The notes: generated by a model from the letters alone, not told the origin. 64,000 nucleotides of DNA from Cyclobacteriaceae bacterium (GCA_039961455.1 JBDVJN010000097.1:1049-65048); one strand, 5' to 3'. Positions 15,292 to 24,605 are shown, counted from the stretch's first letter. Numbers and translations are program-made.

Positions 15292-17918
15292 AGAAGGACC
15301 AGCCACCTAAATGGATCATTCAACTGATCGAATGGTATTGTCATCCCGATTATTCAAAGGAGATCGTAGGTGACTTGCAAGAACTATTTTTCAAATGGAA
15401 GTCAGAAAAAGGTCCTTTCAGAGCTAGCATACTTTATGCCTTCAATGCTCTCCTTTTTGCCCAGACATACAATAGCAGGTTCTTACAGAATTCATCAAGA
15501 TCAAACGTAGTAATGATGATCAAGAATTACTTCATTGTATCAGTGCGCGTGCTAATGAGAAATAAGGTTACCTCTGCGATTAACATCTTAGGGTTAAGTC
15601 TGGGCTTATTAGGCTTCACTTACATTGCCATATTCATTGCCCGAGAACAAAGTTTTGACCAACACCACCAGGATCACGAAGATGTGTATCGACTGGTTCT
15701 CGGACCCCTGGATCAAAATATTGGGACGTATGCCATCACTGGGGCTGCTATGGCTCCAAGTCTACAACGAGAATACCCGGGTATAAGATCATTTGCCAGG
15801 TTTAGGCGTTTTCCGTCGCTTGTTTCTCAGGAAGACCAAATGTTTTATGAAAATGAGTTCTATTTCGCCGATTCATCTGTTTTCGATGTTTTCACTCATG
15901 AGTTCCTGGAAGGGAATGCAAAAGAGGCCTTGAAAGAACCAAATTCCCTGGTTATTACTGAGTCGCGGGCTTTAAAAATATTTGGATCAAGTAAAAATAT
16001 TGTTGGAAAAACACTCACGATCGACAATCAGCTCAATTATGTGATTACCGGTGTAATTGATGACGTTGAAAATAACTCGCACTTCAAGTATCACTATCTG
16101 GCTTCTATCGCCAGCATCCCAACGCACCACAATGAGCCATTACGGACGTACCAAATGACGTCTTGGTATGCGCACTATTTCTACACTTTTTTCAGACTTG
16201 AGAAAAATGCCGACCCGATACAGCTGGATCAGCAAATCAGATCTGCAGCCAAATACCACTCGGATCCTGATAACTATGAGTTATATGGAACCAACATGGG
16301 GCTTTTCCTACAGCCTCTATCTGAAATTCATCTGGATCCCCTTAGGGGAGAGATCAAACCGCAGGGGAATAAGGATACCTTGTCGATCCTTGGCATTATT
16401 GCCATTGTCATACTGGCGTTGGGTACATTTAATTACACCAATCTTACCACTGCCCAATCCATAAAGCGATCAAAAGAGGTCGGATTAAGAAAAACACTAG
16501 GGGCAGCCAAGGCACAGCTTATTCACCAATTTATTACAGAATCCGTCTTAATCACACTTGTTTCTTTGGGGATAGCAATTAGCATCGTGCAACTGACGCT
16601 TCCATACTTCAACAATCATTTCAACTCGCAACTAGCTATTTGGACGATAGAGACGCTTCCCATCCTGGTCTTTGTTTTTGTGTGTTCACTGGCGGCTGGT
16701 CTCTTTGGGGGTATGTACCCTGCCTTTGTTATTTCGTCTTACAAGCCAATCGCTATTTTCAGAGGGATTCAAAAAAATCAAAAAGGAATATCGTTCCGCA
16801 AATTGATAGTACTGGCTCAATTTGCCATTTCCATGATCTTAATTTCATCGACCATTATTATCTACCAGCAAGTAGCATTTATGAAAAATGCTAAGCTGGG
16901 AATAGATACTGAACAGATCATGGTCATTCCTACAAACGGTAATTCCAGCATCAACTCAACATTTGAATTGCTGAAAGAACGCCTGGAACAGCTACCGGAA
17001 GTATCACATGCGACTATTGCAGAGTTGACACCCGGGGATTCGTTTGGCGGCATCATTGCCAGGTTCGAAGGCATGCAAGACAATCGGAATTTTCCAACGA
17101 CGGGCGTCAGTTTTGATTATATGAAAACTTTCGGGCTTAAGCTACTAGCCGGAAGAGATTTTGATGTCACCATTTCATCTGACTCCACCGAACGAGCAAT
17201 TATCAACGAAACGCTGGCAAATGAATTGGGCTGGTCTCCAGGCGAGGCGATTGGAAAATCGTACGATTTTGGTGGTGACAACATCACTCCCGGACAGGTA
17301 ATTGGTGTAATGGAAGATTATCACTTTAACTCCCTCAAGTCACCCATTTTTCCCATTGTCCTGACGATCAGACCCGATTTTTATAATAAGATTTCTATTC
17401 GTCTGGCAGGAGGAAATATTGCCGATGGCGTTGAAAAAGTAAAAGAAATCTGGCAAAGTCAATATCCCAATTGGCCTTTTGAGTACTATTTTGCTGACGA
17501 CCATTTTTACAAAGAATATGAAGCTGAACAGAAATTTGGAGGGCTGATATTTTCATTTTCTTTAATGGCCCTTGTGATAGGAAGTTTTGGCCTGCTTGGA
17601 ATTGTTCTTATCGATACCCGTCATAGACTGAAGGAAATTTGCATTAGAAAGACCCTCGGTGCTGGTGTTTCCAATATCCTAAAGGTGTTGTCAGGGGAGT
17701 ATCTTAAAATAATTACTGTAAGTATTGCCATTAGCATCCCGCTCTCTGCATTGTTCGCACGCAATTGGCTTCAGGATTTCGCCTATCAGATGAAATCCTA
17801 CACATGGATAATTTTAAGTGCACCTTTCATAGTCGTTCTGGTGGCACTATTAACCGTAATTGTTCTGTCATTTAATGCTGCAAAAATTAATCCGGTAGAA
17901 ATTCTGCGAGATGAGTAG
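15288..17918 (+). CDS. MacB/FtsX-type permease with N-terminal 'permease prefix' domain
   Basis: ATG 15288 overlaps the PadR stop 15289-15291 (ATGA). Prefix PPKWIIQLIEWYCHPDYSKEIVGDLQELF, pre-TM1 motif IKNYFIVSVRVLMRNK, and two FtsX blocks. Confidence 0.85.
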   Translation: MKKDQPPKWIIQLIEWYCHPDYSKEIVGDLQELFFKWKSEKGPFRASILYAFNALLFAQTYNSRFLQNSSRSNVVMMIKNYFIVSVRVLMRNKVTSAINILGLSLGLLGFTYIAIFIAREQSFDQHHQDHEDVYRLVLGPLDQNIGTYAITGAAMAPSLQREYPGIRSFARFRRFPSLVSQEDQMFYENEFYFADSSVFDVFTHEFLEGNAKEALKEPNSLVITESRALKIFGSSKNIVGKTLTIDNQLNYVITGVIDDVENNSHFKYHYLASIASIPTHHNEPLRTYQMTSWYAHYFYTFFRLEKNADPIQLDQQIRSAAKYHSDPDNYELYGTNMGLFLQPLSEIHLDPLRGEIKPQGNKDTLSILGIIAIVILALGTFNYTNLTTAQSIKRSKEVGLRKTLGAAKAQLIHQFITESVLITLVSLGIAISIVQLTLPYFNNHFNSQLAIWTIETLPILVFVFVCSLAAGLFGGMYPAFVISSYKPIAIFRGIQKNQKGISFRKLIVLAQFAISMILISSTIIIYQQVAFMKNAKLGIDTEQIMVIPTNGNSSINSTFELLKERLEQLPEVSHATIAELTPGDSFGGIIARFEGMQDNRNFPTTGVSFDYMKTFGLKLLAGRDFDVTISSDSTERAIINETLANELGWSPGEAIGKSYDFGGDNITPGQVIGVMEDYHFNSLKSPIFPIVLTIRPDFYNKISIRLAGGNIADGVEKVKEIWQSQYPNWPFEYYFADDHFYKEYEAEQKFGGLIFSFSLMALVIGSFGLLGIVLIDTRHRLKEICIRKTLGAGVSNILKVLSGEYLKIITVSIAISIPLSALFARNWLQDFAYQMKSYTWIILSAPFIVVLVALLTVIVLSFNAAKINPVEILRDE

Positions 17919-18109
17919 AAAATGGCTTTGTGCAAGCAAAACCAATATTTTTTCACTTTAACTGTCGCACAAATTGGCTTTTTGGAGACTAAACTTTTCA
18001 ATAAGTTCTCTGCAACGAGCATACCAAAGAGGCGGGAAATAAATGAGGAGTTCATCAAATCCTGGTTTTGAGAGATTTTTAGAATGTCCTACACAAAGGT
18101 TTCAGCAAC

Positions 18110-18283
18110 TCAAATAGCTTGATATTTAAGCAATTCGAAATTTTGACTAACGTGGATAGTGTAGGGTGTTTTTACCAGTCTCCAAATGTGAAATGTAGGT
18201 GGATGAAATCCACTCTTGAGGGCTAGCTTTTCTTTCGAGAGTCCTCTATCAAGTCTTATTTGTTTAGGTAAGAAAACAAATAA
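18110..18283 (-). pseudogene. XRE-type HTH remnant without a usable start codon
   Basis: Minus-strand frame QIRLDRGLSKEKLALKSGFHPPTFHIWRLVKTPYTIHVSQNFELLKYQAI* with stop at 18112-18110. It resembles an HTH_3 domain. There is no ATG, GTG or TTG between the upstream in-frame stop and the domain. Confidence 0.3.
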
Positions 18284-18302
18284 GAATGTTACGTATACAT
18301 TC
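18270..18302 (-). terminator. candidate terminator of the DUF2911-HK-RR operon
   Basis: On the minus strand, GAATGT-ATACGTA-ACATTC (18302-18284) is followed by TTATTTGTTTTCTT. It lies 12 nt after the response-regulator stop. Confidence 0.4.
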
Positions 18303-18314
18303 TGATTTAGAGAA

Positions 18315-19127
18315 TTACTTTTTCAACACGAAAGAGTCAAGGGATTTTCTATAATTCCTGCTCCCTTTAAGTTCTGTTCCATTTTGCATCATCACTGTGA
18401 AATCTCCATTGGTTCCAGGGTGGATTGACTCGATGAATTCGGAATTGATAATATACGATTTATGGGTCCGGATAAAATGCCTGGAATCACATATTGATTC
18501 GATTAATTTCATCCTATTATTAACAAGGAATAAGCGTTCATTTTCAAGATGAATTTTAACATATGCATCATATCCTTTAAAGTAGATCACCTCCGAAAGA
18601 GAAAAGAAATGAAGAATGCCATTTGATTTTATTGCTATTCTTTGATTGTACCCAAGTTTCTGATCCCTATTCCAGATAAGACTGTTTAGATCGGTTTTTT
18701 TGTTGGTAATAAACTGATTAGCAAGTTTCTGAATGAACTTACTGTTCTCTGAATTCTTTTCACCAATACTATCTTTTGCGTATTCAAGTGCCTTGAAGAG
18801 TCTTTCCTCTTTGTAAGGCTTAAGAAGGTAATCCAGGGCATGAAATTCAAAAGCCTTTACTGCAAATTTGTCATATGCTGTAATGAATATAACCCGCGGC
18901 ATTCGATGCTCATCAATATTAGCTAATACTTCAAATCCATTGATTTCTGGCATTTGTATATCCAATAGCACAATGTCCACAGGATCAGTATTGATTACTT
19001 CGATTGCCTCAAGACCATTGGAGCAGGTTCCTTGAAGGTCGATTTCAGGATCCAATTTAAGCGATTGAACCAGGCTTTTTCTTGCCTCTGGTTCGTCGTC
19101 TACAACAAGCACATTATACTGTCTCAT
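18315..19127 (-). CDS. LytR/AlgR-family response regulator (REC + LytTR DNA-binding domain)
   Basis: REC domain (VLVVDDEPEARK..DIVLLDIQMPEINGFEV..ITAYDKFAVKAFE) and C-terminal LytTR domain (FIRTHKSYIIN). Confidence 0.9.
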   Translation of the reverse strand: MRQYNVLVVDDEPEARKSLVQSLKLDPEIDLQGTCSNGLEAIEVINTDPVDIVLLDIQMPEINGFEVLANIDEHRMPRVIFITAYDKFAVKAFEFHALDYLLKPYKEERLFKALEYAKDSIGEKNSENSKFIQKLANQFITNKKTDLNSLIWNRDQKLGYNQRIAIKSNGILHFFSLSEVIYFKGYDAYVKIHLENERLFLVNNRMKLIESICDSRHFIRTHKSYIINSEFIESIHPGTNGDFTVMMQNGTELKGSRNYRKSLDSFVLKK

Positions 19128-20157
19128 GATGGATTGGAATTTTTAATGTCGCTATTGTCATGCTTTCTTCTAACCGTATTTCAATTTTAGCATTTGAATT
19201 AAACAGCTTATCGAGGCGTTCTTCTACATTTTTTAGTCCAATTCCATAACCAATGTTGTTTTCCATATCTGTAGATCGAGGATCGGTGTTTTTAATCACA
19301 ATTATCAGTTGGTCATCAAAACATGCAGCATTTATGATAATTTCAGATGAACCGATATACTTGGAAATTCCATGTTTAACTGCATTTTCTACGATAGGTT
19401 GTAGAATTAGATTTGGAACCATCACTTCTTTTGCTGAAGGATCAATATCATAGATTACAGTTAATCGGTCTTTAAATCTGACGGATTCAATTTCGAGGTA
19501 CTGCCGAACAAATTCAATTTCTTCTTCAAGAGTAACAAACTGGGTCTTTTTCTCATCTAGAATTGTCCTTAGGAGTCCACTAAAGCCATTAATGACCTCA
19601 ATTGCATCGGAGTTCCTTTTGGAACGTACCAGAGCTGCTACAGTGTTTAATGTGTTGAATAGAAAATGAGGTTCAAATTGCCTTCGAAGCGTTTCTAAAT
19701 GTGATTTTGAAAGCTGTGCCTCAAGCTCTGCAGCGAGTTTCAGCTTTGAAAGGTACTTTCTGTAGATGTCAAATGTTAGAAGATAACCTACCATGACCCA
19801 GGCAACGATTGTGCTTTCCACATAATAGAAAGGTCTTGAGCTTACCAAAAAACCCATGAAATCAACCTGAATGGTCGGATCAATAGAAAACTGAATCGAA
19901 AAAGTGAGAATGGTCTTTAGAGACCCTACAACAAAACCTGAAATAATAAGAATTAGTAAATTGGACCCAGTCCTAAATTGACCCGACCATTCAGATATTT
20001 TTACAAATGGAATGGTAAGTAAAAGCCAAACCAAAATTCCAGGGATGTAGTAATACAGGACATAATCTTCACCTCTGTCCCAGATTGATTTCTTAACAAC
20101 ATCCAGACCTAGATATAATATCCAAAAGGCGCCTGCTAAAAGAAGCTTTAATTTCAA
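19114..20157 (-). CDS. LytS/YehU-type sensor histidine kinase, membrane-embedded with no large extracytoplasmic domain
   Basis: Four or five N-terminal TM segments, His_kinase block QFEPHFLFNTLNTV, and HATPase (ILQPIVENAVKHG..GIGLKNVEERL). TTG (20157-20155) is the only possible start. It overlaps the RR gene by 14 nt. Confidence 0.85.
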   Translation of the reverse strand: MKLKLLLAGAFWILYLGLDVVKKSIWDRGEDYVLYYYIPGILVWLLLTIPFVKISEWSGQFRTGSNLLILIISGFVVGSLKTILTFSIQFSIDPTIQVDFMGFLVSSRPFYYVESTIVAWVMVGYLLTFDIYRKYLSKLKLAAELEAQLSKSHLETLRRQFEPHFLFNTLNTVAALVRSKRNSDAIEVINGFSGLLRTILDEKKTQFVTLEEEIEFVRQYLEIESVRFKDRLTVIYDIDPSAKEVMVPNLILQPIVENAVKHGISKYIGSSEIIINAACFDDQLIIVIKNTDPRSTDMENNIGYGIGLKNVEERLDKLFNSNAKIEIRLEESMTIATLKIPIHHETV

Positions 20158-20183
20158 ATGGCTCGTCTATTTACAGTCCCAAC

Positions 20184-21314
20184 CTATAGCTCTGACTCCA
20201 GTAATGCAATCAATTGAGTCATGTTTCTAATGATTCCCTCGATTTTTGTATTCTCTCGAGCTTTATTATAATATTCAATAGCAGTTTTAATATCCTTTTT
20301 TGTTCTGCTTGGATCTGTTTCATGGAACTTGCCCATGGCAAATAAAGGAAATGCACGATTCGGATTTAGTTCAAGGGCTGCTTTGAAAGCGTCGTGTGCC
20401 TCAGACCTATTTTTCGTAAATTTTGGTCCCATGATTTCAAAACCATAGGTGGTCAAATCACCTGCGTTAGCGATCGAAAATGCTTCTTCTTTCAATTCCG
20501 TTGCCTCGGCCTCATTTCCCAATTTTTTTAGCAACCCTGATTCTGTCATTAGATACGTAAACTCACGATTATTACGTGTAGTTCTTTGACTCCAGGCCAG
20601 CCCTTTGTCCAAAGAAACGTCTCTTGTCAGGCAGTATTGGGCAGCTTGGTTGTATGCCACTGGATTTGCCAACGAAGAACCTCTTAATTCGGATTCCAAA
20701 CTTTGGATCACAATTTTGTCTACGTCGACATTTATTGGCAATTGAAGAGCTATGTCACCAAAAACCATTCTTAACTGAACCCTATCAAATTCTGGATTCT
20801 CTAAAGAATAGCTTAGCCAATTTTTAAACTCGTCCAATTTTTGCACAGTCACTTTTGTTCGAAGTGCATCATTTTTTTCATCGTAAAAAAACGACCCCCA
20901 ATCAGCATTGGCGTTAGATAAAATAATTGTCCATTCGTTTTCTTCAGGGATCATAAACAGGCCATATGTACCTGCAGCGAGTTCATTTCCATTGACTTTT
21001 ACGGCGTGTGAAAATGAAATTGTTGTGTTTTCATTTGCTCCAGCTCGCCATACCTGGTTTTTTGGAATTATTGCATCTGCTCCTCCTAATAACTCTCTTC
21101 CATAAATCCCAGGTCTATGATAATTCAGTTCTATTTCTGTAATTCCTATTACTTGCTTCACACTTGCAGACTGACTTACTCGGGGTAGAGTTAATTGAGA
21201 GGCAGAAGGCGCAGTTAAGTTGGCTGGAACATGAGGAATTTCATAATTAGTTTGAGCTAACACTGAATGAATTCCACAAAAAACTAATAGCAATACAGTA
21301 GGGTAATTTTTCAT
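20184..21314 (-). CDS. secreted DUF2911 domain protein with C-terminal TPR-like region
   Basis: Signal peptide and DUF2911 signature VWRAGANENTTISFSHAVKVNG..AAGTYGLFMIPEENEWTIILS..WGSFFYDEKNDALR. It lies 26 nt upstream of the HK gene on the same strand. Confidence 0.8.
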   Translation of the reverse strand: MKNYPTVLLLVFCGIHSVLAQTNYEIPHVPANLTAPSASQLTLPRVSQSASVKQVIGITEIELNYHRPGIYGRELLGGADAIIPKNQVWRAGANENTTISFSHAVKVNGNELAAGTYGLFMIPEENEWTIILSNANADWGSFFYDEKNDALRTKVTVQKLDEFKNWLSYSLENPEFDRVQLRMVFGDIALQLPINVDVDKIVIQSLESELRGSSLANPVAYNQAAQYCLTRDVSLDKGLAWSQRTTRNNREFTYLMTESGLLKKLGNEAEATELKEEAFSIANAGDLTTYGFEIMGPKFTKNRSEAHDAFKAALELNPNRAFPLFAMGKFHETDPSRTKKDIKTAIEYYNKARENTKIEGIIRNMTQLIALLESEL

Positions 21315-21662
21315 TTCTCTTTATGTTTTAGGACTTAGAACGGGGTTATTATTTGATGTGATCTACTTTTTAAACAAGGAGTTTGAATCGTATTGTAAAA
21401 CGTTTTTAACAGGATGTTAATGGAAGCCTCAGAATCATTTTTTCGTACGCGATTAAGAGCTGAAATAATAGCAGATGAAACACATTAAACTGTAAAACAG
21501 GAATACACTATCCGTTTCTCTTTGCTTTTAAACCTAGCTAAGCTGTTTATGCTGGATGTAACCAAAGTCGAAAACATAAGTATGCCTTTTCAAAATCTTA
21601 CTCATCGATACAACTTTTTCGCAGGCACAAGCATCTTTTGAAAAACAGTAATCCCATTCACC

Positions 21663-24104
21663 ATGTTCAAGAATTATTTCCTTATTTGTTTTCGAAACAT
21701 CAGAAAAAACAAAGTTTTTTCATTTCTAAATATCGCAGGGCTTTCTATCGGGATAGCTTCTTGCCTCACGATTCTTCAATACACCACTTTTGAATCCCGC
21801 TACGATCAGTTTCACAAAAACAAGGATCGGGTTTTCAGAATCGATGCAGAATACTATGGCAATGGCGAATACGAAGGTCGATCAAATAATAGTGCCTACA
21901 AATTGCCTGGGACTATAAAAGAAACGGTGGCTGGAGTTTCCCACTTTACTAGAACGCACCTGCAGTATGGAGGCGCAGTAATTACCTATGGAGAGGGGGA
22001 GCTCAGAAAACAGTTCTTCGAGGAGGACCATAAGTTGTATTATGTGGATCAGGACTTTTTCGACCTGTTTGATTATACCCTTATGGATGGAAATCGCGCA
22101 ACACTTCTGACGGAACCCATGTCGATTGTGATGACTCGATCGATGGTTGAGAAGTACATGCCAGATGAGACACAACCGATAGGCAAGTTCCTTGATCTGG
22201 ATGGCGGCTGGTATCCAGGAACTTACAAGATCACGGGTATTCTGGATGACTTGCCTGGTAATTCCATCTACTCTTTTGATTTTCTAATGCCCATTTCTGA
22301 TTTGCTAAAAAATGAGCAGTACCAGGACGATGATGGATGGGGTTGGGAGAATTTTACCAGCTATATCCTGTTGGAAGAGGGGGCAGATAAGGAGCAGGTA
22401 TTCGCACAAGCCAAAGACCTATTGAATGATAGAAATAGCGAAGAACATGAAACGTCAAATTCTTCTACTAATCTGGTCTTCACTGCGCTGACAGACATAC
22501 ATCTCAATGATCTGAGCGACGAGGCAGAAGCTGGAACTACAAGTCAAACCCTTTTCTTCTTTGTCATTATTGCTGTTTTTATCATCAGTATTGCTTGGCT
22601 CAACTACATCAACCTGGCTACCGCGCAAGCGCTGAAAAGAGCGAAAGAAGTAGGGATCAGGAAAGCTGTGGGCGCAGGAAAGAAACATCTCATTGCACAA
22701 TTCATGCTGGAAGCTTTTATCATCAATGGGGTTGCGTTCCTTATTGCCCTCATCATTAGCTATTTAAGCCTACCCCTTCTGAGCCGCGTGCTTGATAAAG
22801 AATTGTCGTTCGGAACCGGGATCGAGCCCATCTTCCAGGTTTACATCGTTCTGGCTTTTGTGATTGGTACACTAGTGAGTGGATTTTACCCTGCGCTAGT
22901 TCTTTCCAGGTTCAAACCTGCTGTGGTTGTGAAGGGCACTTCGTTCGGAGGAGAGCAGAAATTTGGTTTGCGACAGGGACTGGTTGTGCTACAGCTGGTG
23001 ATTGGTGTGTTTCTGATCTCCGGAACATTGGCCGTATTCAAGCAGCTAACTTTCATGAAAAGTAGAGACCTGGGAATGGATGTTGAGCATGTGCTATCCA
23101 TGCGGGGACCCCGAGTATATGACGATCGCGAAGAGCGTAACAATCAGGTGAAAGCTTTTAAAACCAAACTTGCCTCCATTCCAGGAATCTCTGAAATTGC
23201 AGGCTCTGCCGCGGTTCCTGGTGGTGATTTTAACTGGGGAACCAGTATGCGACCAGAAGGTCGGGATGAGTCTGAAGCCGAATCCGTTAAAATGATGTGG
23301 GTGGATGCCAATTTTCACAACACCTATGGGATGGAACTGATCGCGGGTCGCTTTCATCAGGAAGATCTCAAAGGTGAATCAGCTCAGGTGGTCGTAAATG
23401 AGACGCTGGTAAAGACCTTTAGTATGGGGACACCCGAAGAGGCCGTCGGTCAGAAAATGAAAGTTGGAGATCGTGCCTTTCTAATTATTGGGGTACTGAA
23501 GGACTATCACTGGTATTCGTTACGGCAAGAGAAAGAGCCGCTTTTGCTCAACTATGCAAGTATCGGCACAAGCAATATCTCTGTAAAAATAATTTCAGAG
23601 GACGTCCGAACCACCATGGACCAGATCGAAGCAGAGTATGTGGCTCACTTCCCGAACAATCCATTTGACTTCTATTTCATGGACGATTACTTCGACAGAC
23701 AGTATCAATCTGATCAGCAGTTTGGACAAATATTCAGCACGTTTTCTGTCATAGCGATCATTATCGCATGCCTTGGACTGTTTGGCCTGGCTTCCTTTAC
23801 GCTTGGCTTGAGGGTAAAAGAGATAGGTGTTCGGAAAGTGCTGGGTGCCTCGATCAAATCGATCCTGATGATGATTTACAAAGACTACATGAAGCTGATC
23901 TTGATCGCCTCTGCTGTCGGACTTCCAGCGATATATTATATCATCGACTACTGGCTGGAAAACTATGCCTATCGTATCGCTATCTCGGCGGACTTGTTCG
24001 TTGTACCGGTCGTGTTGTTGGTTGTGATTGCTTTGGGAACGGTGAGTTATCAATCTATTCGTGCCGCAGTAGCCAATCCAATTTCGAGTTTACGTACCGA
24101 GTGA
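21663..24104 (+). CDS. MacB/FtsX-type permease without prefix domain
   Basis: 813 aa. It starts directly at the pre-TM1 motif MFKNYFLICFRNIRKNKVFS and has two FtsX blocks. No PadR gene is adjacent. Confidence 0.85.
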   Translation: MFKNYFLICFRNIRKNKVFSFLNIAGLSIGIASCLTILQYTTFESRYDQFHKNKDRVFRIDAEYYGNGEYEGRSNNSAYKLPGTIKETVAGVSHFTRTHLQYGGAVITYGEGELRKQFFEEDHKLYYVDQDFFDLFDYTLMDGNRATLLTEPMSIVMTRSMVEKYMPDETQPIGKFLDLDGGWYPGTYKITGILDDLPGNSIYSFDFLMPISDLLKNEQYQDDDGWGWENFTSYILLEEGADKEQVFAQAKDLLNDRNSEEHETSNSSTNLVFTALTDIHLNDLSDEAEAGTTSQTLFFFVIIAVFIISIAWLNYINLATAQALKRAKEVGIRKAVGAGKKHLIAQFMLEAFIINGVAFLIALIISYLSLPLLSRVLDKELSFGTGIEPIFQVYIVLAFVIGTLVSGFYPALVLSRFKPAVVVKGTSFGGEQKFGLRQGLVVLQLVIGVFLISGTLAVFKQLTFMKSRDLGMDVEHVLSMRGPRVYDDREERNNQVKAFKTKLASIPGISEIAGSAAVPGGDFNWGTSMRPEGRDESEAESVKMMWVDANFHNTYGMELIAGRFHQEDLKGESAQVVVNETLVKTFSMGTPEEAVGQKMKVGDRAFLIIGVLKDYHWYSLRQEKEPLLLNYASIGTSNISVKIISEDVRTTMDQIEAEYVAHFPNNPFDFYFMDDYFDRQYQSDQQFGQIFSTFSVIAIIIACLGLFGLASFTLGLRVKEIGVRKVLGASIKSILMMIYKDYMKLILIASAVGLPAIYYIIDYWLENYAYRIAISADLFVVPVVLLVVIALGTVSYQSIRAAVANPISSLRTE

Positions 24105-24127
24105 GGAGTGTGAGTTAAGCCTTCTGT

Positions 24128-24478
24128 TCAATTAAACCAGACTGCATATCGCTTCCTTCGTAACTCTAACGATAGTTTTTTCTCCATCTTCAATGCCTCT
24201 GATCTAGTAGACATTGGCTCTATATGATTGTAGAGATTGGGGCGAAGATAGGTACCATATTTTTGAACAATGTTAGATGATAGTTTATGACCTTTCTTAT
24301 TTCTGTACCCCGCCTTATGCTGATCAAATCGTTCCTTGGGAGTCTTACTTGTCATTCCAACGTATAAACACTCCAGTACACCGTTGAATTGGGGATTGGC
24401 GGCACGAAATTTTGCATTCTCTGTAAATACGCGCTTAGATAATTCGACAACGTATACCCGGTACTTCAAACGCGACAT
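24128..24478 (-). CDS. small GIY-YIG-like (URI-domain) protein
   Basis: 116 aa. YRVYVVEL..LYVGMT..ERFDQH..ALKMEKKL..N resembles the GIY / YIG / R / E / N pattern, but with a long GIY-YIG spacer. This is a motif-level call only. Confidence 0.45.
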   Translation of the reverse strand: MSRLKYRVYVVELSKRVFTENAKFRAANPQFNGVLECLYVGMTSKTPKERFDQHKAGYRNKKGHKLSSNIVQKYGTYLRPNLYNHIEPMSTRSEALKMEKKLSLELRRKRYAVWFN

Positions 24479-24551
24479 GGAAATATATATTTATTCTAAG
24501 GCAGAAGATTCGAAGGAAGCGGAAGCCCCTTTACGAAACATGACATAATAT

Positions 24552-24583
24552 AAAAAAGGCAGCTCAATGATCCGCCTTTTTTT
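24552..24583 (-). terminator. candidate rho-independent terminator
   Basis: Minus-strand RNA AAAAAAAGGCGG-AUCAUUGAG-CUGCCUUUUUU (one G-U pair), 22 nt downstream of the gene that ends at 24606. Confidence 0.5.
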
Positions 24584-24605
24584 ATATGTTCAGACTTTGC
24601 TGGTC

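Noticed and set aside
21533-21556. TAGCTAAGCTGTTTATGC upstream of the prefix-less permease resembles the GTTTAGCTGTT word in the tandem-paralogue leaders
   Set aside because: Only about 8 nt are shared, and the order relative to the CGAAA word is reversed. This is within chance expectation.
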